DNA of 60,065 nucleotides from a virus (lineage: Duplodnaviria; Caudoviricetes). Positions 47,519 to 57,645 of this stretch are shown here, piece after piece; the first letter of the stretch is position 1; each line of letters begins with the position of its first letter. The notes under the pieces were generated by a model, which saw only the letters and a list, made by a program, of their open reading frames with translations, was not told the DNA's origin and did no database searches. The stretch lies in IMG/VR virus record IMGVR_UViG_3300025120_000052, positions 1 through 60,065 of that record, one strand, 5' to 3'. The position numbers were made by a program, and so were the translations under genes.

Positions 47519-47806
47519 ATGGATAAATATCTAAAAATCCCTACAGACGCAGGGAACCACAACATCCCCGTGGGAAACGGTTTGTTTGTTGAACGAACGT
47601 CTGACACTGCTATGCGTGTTTACAACACGGCTGCACTTACACATCACTATGCTCTTACTACGGTAGGGTCTACAGCAGCTATGACACTAGCCATTGAACA
47701 GGCTATTGAAGAGGCTGCTGTTACTCCGTGGCATAACGCTGAGGTATTGGTTAAACTCCCTGTTGGAGAGACTGTAACTAGTATCGTAATGACAGTATTC
47801 TCATGA
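47519..47806 (+). CDS. Small structural protein, paralog 1
   Basis: 95 aa; aligns by eye with 47803-48090. Confidence 0.75.
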   Translation: MDKYLKIPTDAGNHNIPVGNGLFVERTSDTAMRVYNTAALTHHYALTTVGSTAAMTLAIEQAIEEAAVTPWHNAEVLVKLPVGETVTSIVMTVFS

Positions 47807-48090
47807 ACAAGTATTTAAGATTCACAGTCGGTAGTGCAACTCAAATCGTTCCTATCGGCTCCGGTGCTTACGCAGAACTTACGTCAGCTACTGAAGTTAA
47901 GATTTTTAATTGCGACTCTGTTGGTCATCACTATTCCTTGACCACTACAGGTGCTGATTTTAAAATGATTACTGCCATTCAAAACGCATCCATTCAAGGT
48001 GCTCAAACGAGTTGGAGAGATGCGGTCATTGATGTAAATATTCCTTTGGGACAAACGGTAACAGCCATTGTTGTTACGGCATTTACATAA
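47803..48090 (+). CDS. Small structural protein, paralog 2
   Basis: 95 aa; shares KYL, HHY.LTT.G, W..A...V..P.G.TVT.IV.T.F. Confidence 0.75.
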   Translation: MNKYLRFTVGSATQIVPIGSGAYAELTSATEVKIFNCDSVGHHYSLTTTGADFKMITAIQNASIQGAQTSWRDAVIDVNIPLGQTVTAIVVTAFT

Positions 48091-48112
48091 GATTATTTAT
48101 TCTATTGAAGGG

Positions 48113-48145
48113 AAAGGGGCCGCTATCAGTGGCCTCTTTTTTTTT
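48113..48145 (+). terminator. Intrinsic terminator
   Basis: AGGGGCCGCT-ATC-AGTGGCCTCT followed by a T run. Confidence 0.85.
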
Positions 48146-48171
48146 GGCTATCTTTGGAAAAAGGTTTCCTC

Positions 48172-48921
48172 ATGATAAATTCTGTCCGAAATACAGTGCT
48201 ATCCGTACTTAACAAGAACAATTATGGGTACATTTCTCCTGCTGACTTCAACCTTTTTGCTAAACAAGCGCAACTAGAAATTTTCGAAGAGTACTTTGCT
48301 GAGTACAACAACGCTCTCAATAAAGAAAATGCTCGTCAATCAGGCACGGGGTATGCGGATGCTTCTAAAAGCATTTCGGAATCAATTGATGTGTTTTCGG
48401 TTACGGCTAATTTGGCAATTCCTGTGGCAGGAGTAAACCAATTTACTTTACCCTCTTTAACGACTACTCAAAACGATTGGTATTTGCTAAACAAAATTCT
48501 TTGTTATGATGCGTCAACTACTCCGAGGACTTTCTTGGGAGAAGCTGAAGCCGTAAGCCATAGTAAGATTACAATGCTTAATAACGACATGTTATTGGCA
48601 CCAAGTAACGCTTACCCTGCTTATACCATTGAGGCAAACCTAATGACGGTTTTCCCCGCTACAATTAATGCTGCTACAGAGGTTGAGGCTCAATACATTC
48701 GTTACCCATTTGACCCTAATTGGACATACACAACTGTTACAGGAGGTGAGCCAATTTATAACCCAAGCCAAGCGGACTTTCAAAACTTTGAGCTTCCGAT
48801 TGATGACGAACCTAGGTTAGTTCTTTTGATTTTGCAGATGTGTGGCATCTCAATTAGAGAGGGTGAAGTTTATCAGTTTGCTCAACAAGAAGAGTTGCAA
48901 AACCTACAACAACAATCGTAA
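48172..48921 (+). CDS. Head-tail adaptor / ring-like protein
   Basis: LNK...GYI.P..FN..A..AQ and Y.R.P..P.W patterns; start at MINSV. Confidence 0.6.
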   Translation: MINSVRNTVLSVLNKNNYGYISPADFNLFAKQAQLEIFEEYFAEYNNALNKENARQSGTGYADASKSISESIDVFSVTANLAIPVAGVNQFTLPSLTTTQNDWYLLNKILCYDASTTPRTFLGEAEAVSHSKITMLNNDMLLAPSNAYPAYTIEANLMTVFPATINAATEVEAQYIRYPFDPNWTYTTVTGGEPIYNPSQADFQNFELPIDDEPRLVLLILQMCGISIREGEVYQFAQQEELQNLQQQS

Positions 48922-49844
48922 TGCCGTATATCACAGACTATCAATACTATGAGAATGCGGGCGGAAATCCTGAGAATGCTAATTGGGGGTCGTATCAGTT
49001 TGTATCTCTTACAGACATAGTAAATAGATTCTTGCTTATTTACGATGGGAACCACTCTCTCGTTAATAACGAAGAAAGGTTTAAAGTTTTGTTCCATGCT
49101 AAAAGAGCAATTATGGAACTCAACTATGATGCGTTCAAAGAAGCTAAGATTCTTGAGTTAAACGTAGGAGAAAGCCTTAGGTACATTTTGCCTCAAGACT
49201 ATGTGAATTGGGTCAGACTATCTCTGTATGAAAACGGGACGTTGTATCCTCTTACGGAAAACATTCAAACCAATTGGGCTACAGGTTATTTACAAGACAA
49301 CAGTAGCCGCATCCTTTTTGATATTAACGGGAATGTCTTGAAGCCTGAATTCTCTACTATGTCATATGACAGGATTACAGGGCAAAAGAAGAGCATCTAT
49401 CTAAACCCTGACAATCCTTACAATGGTCAGGAAGGTTACTATTGGGAAGGCAATTGGTTTTTTGACTACCAAATCGGAGCGAGGTATGGACTTGAGACAG
49501 AAGTAGCAAACTCCAATCCAACATTTTCTATTGACAAGAAGGGCGGTGTAATCAACTTTAGTTCTACAATGAACAACAAGTTGGCTATCCTTGAGTATGT
49601 GTCTGATGGTATGGAAAACGGTAATGACGCGAGCGTCACGGTAAACAAACTGTTTGAAGAGTATGTGTACGCTTACATCCGTTATGCGATTCTCAATTCT
49701 AAACTAGGCGTTCAGGAGTATGTAGTTAATAGGGCTAAAAAAGATAAGTCTGCTCTTTTGAGAAATGCAAAAATCCGCTTGAGCAACATTCATCCGGGAC
49801 GATTGCTAATGAATCTTCGTGGACAGGATAAGTGGATAAAGTAA
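48921..49844 (+). CDS. Tail ring/adaptor-like protein
   Basis: LPQDYVNWV motif; position in the tail module. Confidence 0.6.
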   Translation: MPYITDYQYYENAGGNPENANWGSYQFVSLTDIVNRFLLIYDGNHSLVNNEERFKVLFHAKRAIMELNYDAFKEAKILELNVGESLRYILPQDYVNWVRLSLYENGTLYPLTENIQTNWATGYLQDNSSRILFDINGNVLKPEFSTMSYDRITGQKKSIYLNPDNPYNGQEGYYWEGNWFFDYQIGARYGLETEVANSNPTFSIDKKGGVINFSSTMNNKLAILEYVSDGMENGNDASVTVNKLFEEYVYAYIRYAILNSKLGVQEYVVNRAKKDKSALLRNAKIRLSNIHPGRLLMNLRGQDKWIK

Positions 49845-49845
49845 C

Positions 49846-52800
49846 ATGGCGAATACTGTAAGAAACTTCATTGCGGGGCGTATGAACAAAACCTTGGACG
49901 AGAGACTCGTTCCCAATGGTGAGTACATCGACGCTTTAAATATCAGATTAGGTTCTACTGAGGCTTCAGAGGTAGGGAGCGTAGAGAACTCTTTAGGCAA
50001 CAGCCAACTCACAACTGTTGAGTACATAGATGGAAGTGCTTTAAGCAGTAGTGCTACCTGCATTGGAGCATATGCTGATGGAGAGCAAGAAACCATGTAT
50101 TGGTTTATCCATGACAACAACTTTACGAGCGCAGGAACGACAGGTAAACTTGACCTTATTGTTTCTTACAACACATCTACCGACACACTTACTTACCATG
50201 TCATTAGCATTGATGATGGTGGCGGTGTAAAGACGACGCTAAACTTCTCCAATACGCATTTGATTACGGGAGTCAACTTGATTGAGAACCTGCTTTTCTT
50301 TACTGACGACCTAAACCAACCTCGCAGGATTAATGTCCAAAAAAACTATGGCAACCCCGTTGCTAACGTTGACGCTTTTCTTGCGGCTGACATTTTAGTT
50401 GTAAAGGCACCGCCTATTACTTCTCCTGTTGTTGTTCCATTTGAGATTGACGGAGAAGAAAACTTTTTAGAGGACAGGTTTATTTGCTTTGCCTATCGGT
50501 ATAAATATGAAGACAATGAGTACTCGGCTACATCTCAATTTTCGGAACCTTCTTTTATCCCAAGTCAATATGAATTAAGTAGCGAATCATTCCTTAATGA
50601 GGGAATGGTAAACTTAAAAAATGCAACTAGAGTAACCTTCAACTCAGGAGGCTCATTGGTTGTTGGGGTTGACTTGTTGTTTAAGGACATGGTCAGCGAT
50701 ACCATTAAGGTAATCGAGAAAATAAATAAGTCCGAGGAGGGATATGCTGACAACACTGATTACACCATCACGTTTGCCAATAGCAAAATCTACACGGTCT
50801 TACCGTCTTCAGAAATACTAAGACTTTACGACAATGTGCCGCTTGTGGCTAAGGCTCAAGCTGTAATGGGCAACCGTTTGAACTACGGAAACTATGCTGA
50901 TGGGTTTGATTTAATTACTCCTTCAGGCTTTAACACTCAATTTACTTATGAGGCTAGTCGTATTTCTCAAGCCGTAGGATTTGAGAGACTTACTGCATCG
51001 CGGTCTTCAGGGACTTACACCGTTAACGGAACTCAGAACATTGCTAATTCTGTTTTAGAGGTTGACTTTAGCGCGGCTGCAAGCACTTTAGTCTCAGGCT
51101 CTACGATTGATTTATCTCTGTCTTTTACTCATTCTACGTTTTCAGGCTCAGTGAGTTCGTATCCTATAGAGCAATCTGTAGACAGGCAACTTAATTTTGT
51201 TTATACGCTGACCCAAGACTATGCAACTATAGACGAGTTGTACAACAGCGCGGACTTTCAGGCAAAAGTTGGGACATCTGCAAACATTCTTCCTGTTTAT
51301 GCTGCAAGTGGAGAGACATCTTGTGATGGTCTGACTCTTACAGATTTGTTTAACTGTGCGATTACTGACAGCTTGCAGGGCGGAAACCCAAGTCCTGTTT
51401 TTAAATATGCGAGTGGCATTAGCGTTTTAGGAAACTCAGTAGCCACCACTCATACCGCAGGAACAAACATTATTGGCTTTCAGTTTCCTGCAATGCAGTA
51501 TGTAGATTCATTGACATCTCCTACTGCATCCGTGTTCGAGTACTACACCGTAAGTGCTACCAATTTAACGTTCTCCGCTTTAGGCAGCCCAACTAGCCTT
51601 CATAGCAATAGGGGTTATGAGATTGGCATAGTGTACATGGATGAATTTAACAGGGCAACTACAGCCTTGGTAAGCCCTGACAATACAGTTTTTGTACCAT
51701 GTAGCGCATCTGCGGATAAAAACTCTATCCGTGTAACTATACCAACTACTCAGGTCGCCCCTGCATTTGCGTCTCGATACAAGTTTGTAATTAAACCTGA
51801 CGAGTCTACTTACGAAACTGTTTACTCAAGCACGTTCTTTTATGACACTGTGACAGCGTCTGACTACTTCTTGTTGCAGGGAGAAAATGCAGCTAAAATA
51901 GAAGAAGGCGACAGGTTAATTGTAAAGAGAGATGTAGATGGCCCCTTAGGTTCCTGCACTTATGCAACAGTCCTAGAAAAGAAAGCGCAATCGGAGAACT
52001 TTATTACCGTTACAGACGCGGGAGGTACAGCAATTAATGTTCCTTCGGGGGTGTACATGCAGATTCGAAGTTCTTCTTTTAATTCTACTTTGACAGAGGA
52101 TGCTTTCTTTAATGTAGAGGCTCCATCGGTAAGTGTGGGTGCAACTCAGTTTGCTAAGACAGTAATAAATTTTTCTCAGGATACATCTACACCTGTAAGC
52201 GGTGTTTATCCTGTGCTTACCATTCCTTCAGGGAGTACAATTAGGTTGAAGTTTGACTTTAACCGAAGGGGTTCGGGAGATGGAAACAACAACTGTGAAA
52301 GAAGGCAATACAAGTTTGATGAAAGCTATACAGCAAGTCAAACCTATAACAGCATCATTGATTGGTTTAATGGTGATAACATTGCTGAGACTTTAAACAA
52401 CGGGGTCTCAACAGTTGGCGGTAACGGATGTGAAATACAAAACATTTACGAGCCTGTTACAGCTACGACAAACAGCCCTAACCCACCAATCCCTAATTAC
52501 TTCTATGGTATCAATCCTAATGAGTGCGTTAACTATTACAGGTGGTACCAAAGCCCTACTAGTAACGAAATTAGGTTTGCTATAAGCGGAACTTTAGGAT
52601 GTGGTAATAGCGAAAAAAAGCGTTCTCGTCTTCGCGCTAGGATAGAACTTTTGAGAGCAGAAAATACTATCGTATTTGAAACTGAACCTCAAGATGCTTT
52701 AGCTGACGTTTGGTACGAATCATCAGATTCTTACAGTATTGATGCTTTAGGCAATCACAGTGGGAATGTGACCAACCAAGACATATCTGCGGGAATTTCA

Positions 52801-54516
52801 GGTGTAGTTGACACCGCTTTCTTTAACTGCTTTAGCTTTGGAAACGGAGTCGAAAGCTACAAGATAAGAGACTCCATTGCGGGTCGCGCATTAGCACTAG
52901 GCAATAGGGTTACAACAGTGGCGGCTCAAGATTACAAGCGTGCTGACCGATTCTCTGACATCACGTATAGTGGAGTCTTTAATAGCGAGTCTAATGTCAA
53001 CAAGCTAAACGAGTTTAACCTAGGGCTTTTAAATTTTAAAGTGTTAGAGGAGTCATTTGGCCCTATCGAAAAGATGTCGGCTCAAGACACCAACATTCTT
53101 GTTCTGCAAGAAGACAAAATTTCTTACGTTCTTGCTACTAAGAATCTAATTTCAGATTCTACAGGTGGAGGAGTTGTATCGTCTGTTCCCGAAATTTTAG
53201 GAACTCAGATTGCCCGGCCTGAAGAATTTGGTATTAGTAACAACCCTGAAAGCTATGCCGAATGGGGTCGATTCAAATACTTTACAGATGCAAAACGTGG
53301 AGCGGTAATTCAACTCTCAGGAAGTGGGCCTAATGAACAGCTAACTGTAATTTCCGAAATAGGAATGCGCGGTTGGTTTAGGGATTTGTTTATCACCAAC
53401 TTTTCTTCTCAAAAACTTGGCGGGTATGACCCTTACATGAATGAATTCGTGTTGGGTAACAACACCACAACACTTCCGGAATTTGTAACCTGTATTGAAT
53501 GCGGGGTTACTCGCAATTACAGCATCCCTGCAGGTGGCCTAAGTGTGTGTTATGATTTGGGTAATACTGTGGGTCTAGTTCCGTTTTCATGGACAGTAGG
53601 CCCGCTAACCGACAACTTTAGTTTTGCGGTGACTTACAACAATAACACCACTAACTACGGGCCGTTTACCGCATCCGGAAGTGTAAACATACCCAAGACA
53701 TCAGTATCGGCTCAACAGCTAGATGTGGTCATGTCAGTAGGAAGTGGCCCCGCCAACATAAGCCTTACTGTTGGATGCCCTAATTCTGACAACATTACAA
53801 TTGTTCTTGTCACCCTTACCAATAATTCTGATTCGGGTAAAACCATTCACAATCAGTATCGGTGGACAGACGGAAATTTTGTTTCTCCTACACATTCGAA
53901 TCAGGTTACGTTCAGTAATTCAACTGACCCTCAAGTTGTATCACAGTATACATCCATAAGCGGCCTGCAAGGGGGAGGAATTATTCCTGCAGATGCTGCT
54001 GCAGTTACTATGATTTCAAACAAATTAGATGTAGACACATTTGATTTAGACCCCACCACGGATAAGTTTTTATTCCTGAGGTCTAACGTTCTTTACAGTA
54101 ACACTCCGGCCTCTATTCAATCCCTTGTAGCTGCTTCTACAAGCATTAACCCAACGGGTAGCGCACCTCAGTACACAGGCAGTTTTTCCATGCCTGCAGG
54201 TTCTGATAACGATTACCTCTATTTGATTTGGGATTATGCAGCAGCCGTAGTAGCTACTTTATGCTACAGCGCAAGCACTCCTGATGACGCATGCTGTCAA
54301 TGCACTTGCACTGCAGGCGTTTGCACGGAGTGGCAAATCACTAATGGCAGCACTCAAAACGTAGTGTTGGCATACGAAACTTGCGGAGGGACTAAATCAA
54401 ACTTAACGTTACCCGCAAACAGCAGTACCACCCTTTGTGTTGACGGGAATGTTTCAATCGTACACGGGCCAACTGAAGGGGTCAGCTTTGACATTGTTAG
54501 TTGCGACTGCACTTAA
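49846..54516 (+). CDS. Tail nozzle / stabilisation (P22 gp10-like, muzzle-type) protein with insertions
   Basis: MNK.LDERL.P.GEY.DA.N, LFFTD..NQPR.IN, FAYRY.Y.D.E.S..S.FS, GISN.PES.A beta-propeller motifs; Cys-rich C-terminus. Confidence 0.7.
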   Translation: MANTVRNFIAGRMNKTLDERLVPNGEYIDALNIRLGSTEASEVGSVENSLGNSQLTTVEYIDGSALSSSATCIGAYADGEQETMYWFIHDNNFTSAGTTGKLDLIVSYNTSTDTLTYHVISIDDGGGVKTTLNFSNTHLITGVNLIENLLFFTDDLNQPRRINVQKNYGNPVANVDAFLAADILVVKAPPITSPVVVPFEIDGEENFLEDRFICFAYRYKYEDNEYSATSQFSEPSFIPSQYELSSESFLNEGMVNLKNATRVTFNSGGSLVVGVDLLFKDMVSDTIKVIEKINKSEEGYADNTDYTITFANSKIYTVLPSSEILRLYDNVPLVAKAQAVMGNRLNYGNYADGFDLITPSGFNTQFTYEASRISQAVGFERLTASRSSGTYTVNGTQNIANSVLEVDFSAAASTLVSGSTIDLSLSFTHSTFSGSVSSYPIEQSVDRQLNFVYTLTQDYATIDELYNSADFQAKVGTSANILPVYAASGETSCDGLTLTDLFNCAITDSLQGGNPSPVFKYASGISVLGNSVATTHTAGTNIIGFQFPAMQYVDSLTSPTASVFEYYTVSATNLTFSALGSPTSLHSNRGYEIGIVYMDEFNRATTALVSPDNTVFVPCSASADKNSIRVTIPTTQVAPAFASRYKFVIKPDESTYETVYSSTFFYDTVTASDYFLLQGENAAKIEEGDRLIVKRDVDGPLGSCTYATVLEKKAQSENFITVTDAGGTAINVPSGVYMQIRSSSFNSTLTEDAFFNVEAPSVSVGATQFAKTVINFSQDTSTPVSGVYPVLTIPSGSTIRLKFDFNRRGSGDGNNNCERRQYKFDESYTASQTYNSIIDWFNGDNIAETLNNGVSTVGGNGCEIQNIYEPVTATTNSPNPPIPNYFYGINPNECVNYYRWYQSPTSNEIRFAISGTLGCGNSEKKRSRLRARIELLRAENTIVFETEPQDALADVWYESSDSYSIDALGNHSGNVTNQDISAGISGVVDTAFFNCFSFGNGVESYKIRDSIAGRALALGNRVTTVAAQDYKRADRFSDITYSGVFNSESNVNKLNEFNLGLLNFKVLEESFGPIEKMSAQDTNILVLQEDKISYVLATKNLISDSTGGGVVSSVPEILGTQIARPEEFGISNNPESYAEWGRFKYFTDAKRGAVIQLSGSGPNEQLTVISEIGMRGWFRDLFITNFSSQKLGGYDPYMNEFVLGNNTTTLPEFVTCIECGVTRNYSIPAGGLSVCYDLGNTVGLVPFSWTVGPLTDNFSFAVTYNNNTTNYGPFTASGSVNIPKTSVSAQQLDVVMSVGSGPANISLTVGCPNSDNITIVLVTLTNNSDSGKTIHNQYRWTDGNFVSPTHSNQVTFSNSTDPQVVSQYTSISGLQGGGIIPADAAAVTMISNKLDVDTFDLDPTTDKFLFLRSNVLYSNTPASIQSLVAASTSINPTGSAPQYTGSFSMPAGSDNDYLYLIWDYAAAVVATLCYSASTPDDACCQCTCTAGVCTEWQITNGSTQNVVLAYETCGGTKSNLTLPANSSTTLCVDGNVSIVHGPTEGVSFDIVSCDCT

Positions 54517-54526
54517 TTCATATCTA

Positions 54527-55456
54527 ATGGGAACTCTTGGACAATATTACTTAAACGGCCCTAACCTAGCCACATCCACTGCGGTGTTTACTGACGCGAA
54601 TTTAACCACTTGCGCTCCTGATGGGTTTTACAGTCAATCAGGTTCAGTTCGTCAGTTGCAAAACTGTACACTATTACCTCGTCAACAGTGTTCTAATTGT
54701 GCTAATAATTGCAGGGTTAGCAGCACAGGGCCTTCTACTACGGGGCTGTATTTAATTCTTGCAGACCTTGGGGTAGGCACCGGGGCTGTAAGGGTAAAGT
54801 TTACCCCCGGTGCTACTCCTGATGGAATTCGTGCTATTTACAATGACACTGTTTATAACTCATTTAGTTCTGATGCTGACGGATTGCATGAAATCTCGTT
54901 GCCTACGGGATTAATATTTTTGGGTAACAGTGCTAATGACTGTGGTTTAACAGGCACTACGTACATTCTTGCAGAGTCGGAACTATACAACAATGTATAC
55001 ACCCCTAATGGAAACATTACAAACGTTGCTGTAACTGCAAATAATCTAAGCCTTAGTCCCAACCGAAGTGCGGGCGATTGTTACATGTACTTCCCTAAGA
55101 CCCTTACTTATCCCGCTACCTGCTTAGTTGAAATTGCTCAGTGTTGCGTAGGTCAAACTGCTCCTTCGTGGTCAGTAGAAATTAGCTGCCCTGACCCTCT
55201 TCCCTCAATGAATAGCACTAGGGTGGCTCCTTCAGGTGGATGTACAACATCAGAACCTTACGTTGATACTGTTTACTTAGGTAAAGTCTCAGGTGCTACA
55301 GGAACTCCTATCCTTCACGATTGGTTATTTAATGATTCTTTTGCTTCATCAGTAAGAGCAGATGGAGAATATAAAGTTCAGAACACTGCAGCTACAAACT
55401 CTTATTTAATTACCGTAACAAGCGGAGTAATAACTGCCATTACCGCATGTCCATAA
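54527..55456 (+). CDS. Cys-rich tail-associated protein
   Basis: Start reassigned to MGTLGQY; F.D..LT..APDG.Y and V..GVIT.I..C repeats. Confidence 0.65.
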   Translation: MGTLGQYYLNGPNLATSTAVFTDANLTTCAPDGFYSQSGSVRQLQNCTLLPRQQCSNCANNCRVSSTGPSTTGLYLILADLGVGTGAVRVKFTPGATPDGIRAIYNDTVYNSFSSDADGLHEISLPTGLIFLGNSANDCGLTGTTYILAESELYNNVYTPNGNITNVAVTANNLSLSPNRSAGDCYMYFPKTLTYPATCLVEIAQCCVGQTAPSWSVEISCPDPLPSMNSTRVAPSGGCTTSEPYVDTVYLGKVSGATGTPILHDWLFNDSFASSVRADGEYKVQNTAATNSYLITVTSGVITAITACP

Positions 55457-55488
55457 CGAGAGTTTAAACTCTCATTAATCGCTTAAAA

Positions 55489-56331
55489 ATGCCTGTAAGT
55501 AAAACGAACTACACTTTAACGTATAGCCCTCCTGCAAAAGGTTGGCCTTCGTTTTATTCCTATGTACCTGAATGGATGCAAGGAATGAATCAGTACTTCT
55601 ATACTTTCTCAGGTGGTAATTTGTGGAGGCATAACACCAACCAAACACGCAACAGTTTTTATGGGGTTTCTTATCCCACCACCATCACTAGTGTGTTTAA
55701 CCAAGAGCCTATTACCAACAAGCTATTTAAAACATTGGCATTGGAAGGAGACCACGCTTGGGGGGCGACCTTAGTTAGTGAACTTCAAACCACAGGATTT
55801 ATTGAAGCCACTTACTTTGAAGAAAAAGAATCTGATTGGTTTGCTTTTGTGAGAAATCAAGGTGTCGTAAATATTGACACTGCGGCAGAAGCAGCTCAAG
55901 AGTTTCCGTTACGGTCTGCTACAGGAATAGGGAATTGCATAGGTACAGGTGTTGCAGGAACTTTAGTCTCATTTGGGTTTCCTACTGACCTAGACATTAG
56001 TGGAATTGCCAACATTGGAGATAGCGTATACTACAATTTCCCTGTGGCCTCAGGAGTGGTGTTTACTCCTATTTACTTGGGGCAAATAGTATCGTTTACC
56101 ATAGACCTTCCTAACAACTTTAACATTTTCAGTGTAGAACAAGATGTAGCGGGCGGTGGTGTTCTTCCCAACAGTGGCATAGTTGTTTACTATGTCATGA
56201 CTACAAAGAACCTCGTTGCTGAGTCACACGGTATCCTTGGTCACTATGGATTGTTCACTCTAACGAACACCGATACCGAGGCTGTGGAACTGTTTGCCGT
56301 GCGTTCTGAAGTCATGAAATCCTATCCTTGA
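55489..56331 (+). CDS. Tail protein resembling the C-terminal part of nozzle/stabilisation proteins
   Basis: TL.YS....GW.SFYSY.P, F..GNLW.HN, FN..P...K.FKTL.LEG, F.EKE..WF. Confidence 0.6.
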   Translation: MPVSKTNYTLTYSPPAKGWPSFYSYVPEWMQGMNQYFYTFSGGNLWRHNTNQTRNSFYGVSYPTTITSVFNQEPITNKLFKTLALEGDHAWGATLVSELQTTGFIEATYFEEKESDWFAFVRNQGVVNIDTAAEAAQEFPLRSATGIGNCIGTGVAGTLVSFGFPTDLDISGIANIGDSVYYNFPVASGVVFTPIYLGQIVSFTIDLPNNFNIFSVEQDVAGGGVLPNSGIVVYYVMTTKNLVAESHGILGHYGLFTLTNTDTEAVELFAVRSEVMKSYP

Positions 56332-56351
56332 AACAACGTATCTTTGAATGT

Positions 56352-56891
56352 ATGAATGCCCCTTCCCCACAACGTACTGATTTTAAACAGATACTCAGGT
56401 CTTCTCCTGAGGATTTGCTTACTCATGTACACAAAAACCGTGGGGTAATTTGGGAGGAGATTAAGCTATTCTCAGAACAGCTATCTGAAATTACCGGGGC
56501 AGTCGTTCACCACACCCCGGAAATGGAGGAGACTTTTCCGTTGCAGCATCATTTAAAAGACGGCTTGTACACACGAGAAGTCTTTATGCCCAAAGGGGCA
56601 TTGGTTGTGAGTTTCATTCACAAGCAGAATCACCCTTCATTCTTTATGTCAGGAGAGATGTCTATTCTTCTTGACACAGGAGAAGTAAAACGAATTAAAG
56701 CCCCGATGAAAGTCATGACTGAGGTAGGAACTCAACGAGTTGCTTACATGCATGAAGATTGTACGTGGGTGTGTGTATACAAAACTGACGCTCCCACCAT
56801 AGAGGAAGCGGAAAAGGAGGTGTATACCACGGACTATCGGGAGTTGCCCGAACATATCATTCTAAACCAATTACTACTATGTCAGGACTAG
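56352..56891 (+). CDS. Cupin-fold protein
   Basis: H....GLY.RE..MP.G..V....H...H......G pattern; start placed just after the TATCTTTG promoter. Confidence 0.65.
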   Translation: MNAPSPQRTDFKQILRSSPEDLLTHVHKNRGVIWEEIKLFSEQLSEITGAVVHHTPEMEETFPLQHHLKDGLYTREVFMPKGALVVSFIHKQNHPSFFMSGEMSILLDTGEVKRIKAPMKVMTEVGTQRVAYMHEDCTWVCVYKTDAPTIEEAEKEVYTTDYRELPEHIILNQLLLCQD

Positions 56892-57634
56892 TAACAGGTA
56901 TTGTAAGCCTTGGTCTTACGGCCACTACCACGGGTATTTCTATGGCGCAAAAAAACAAAGCGCAAAAAAAACAATCTCAGGCTGAATTCGCTGCTAATAA
57001 AGCTATGCAAGAAGCGCGTAAACGTCTTGATGTAAACTTTGCTGAGGCTCGCTCGATTAGCAAAGACCCATATACTATGGCTATTGAAGCATCATTAGCA
57101 CAAGGTGCTGATGCGGTGCAGGCTTCACGAGAAACTCAACGAGGGGCAGCGCAAGTGGGTAGGATTCAAGCCGCTCAAAATCAAATGGCGGAAGGTCAAC
57201 GGGTGGCATACGGTCAAGAGTTGCAAGCACGAGAAAACGCTATCCTTGATGAGGAGAGCAGGCTTCGTGACATCAACACTCAATTGGATTTAGGAGAGGT
57301 AGCAGGTGCGCAAGAAGCAGCCGCTAGATTTGAAGACGAAGCTAGGCAGGCGGGCCAAGATGTGGTGGCAGGTGTTACGAGTATGGCTCAACAAGGAATG
57401 GCTATGGCTCCTTTGTATTCTAAAACAGGCAACGTAAGGCAGAACGCTAAATTGCAAAAAAGTTTTATGGCCGCTAACGAAAATTCAACTTCGGCTGATT
57501 ATCGCTCTGCTCTTGAAGCAGCGAACCCTATTGATTTTGCAGGGGTAGGGGGCATGAATCAAATGGAATTCAACGCTCTTATCGGTGGAATGGACAGTGG
57601 CTTTATGAGAACGCAAAGTGGGTTGTTTGATTAA
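56879..57634 (+). CDS. Putative ejection/internal virion protein
   Basis: Hydrophobic Gly/Thr N-terminus then Ala/Gln-rich helices; first of three ejection-type genes. Confidence 0.6.
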   Translation: MSGLVTGIVSLGLTATTTGISMAQKNKAQKKQSQAEFAANKAMQEARKRLDVNFAEARSISKDPYTMAIEASLAQGADAVQASRETQRGAAQVGRIQAAQNQMAEGQRVAYGQELQARENAILDEESRLRDINTQLDLGEVAGAQEAAARFEDEARQAGQDVVAGVTSMAQQGMAMAPLYSKTGNVRQNAKLQKSFMAANENSTSADYRSALEAANPIDFAGVGGMNQMEFNALIGGMDSGFMRTQSGLFD

Positions 57635-57645
57635 TAAGACAGAGC

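Larger units (their letters stand above)
3561..55473. repeat. Dispersed 16-bp palindrome GAGAGTTYRAACTCTC, at least 15 copies
   Basis: Core starts at 3561, 9202, 12522, 15144*, 17753, 19178, 20286, 22092, 22713, 23838, 24779, 31977, 39009*, 46140*, 55458 (* one mismatch). Confidence 0.95.
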
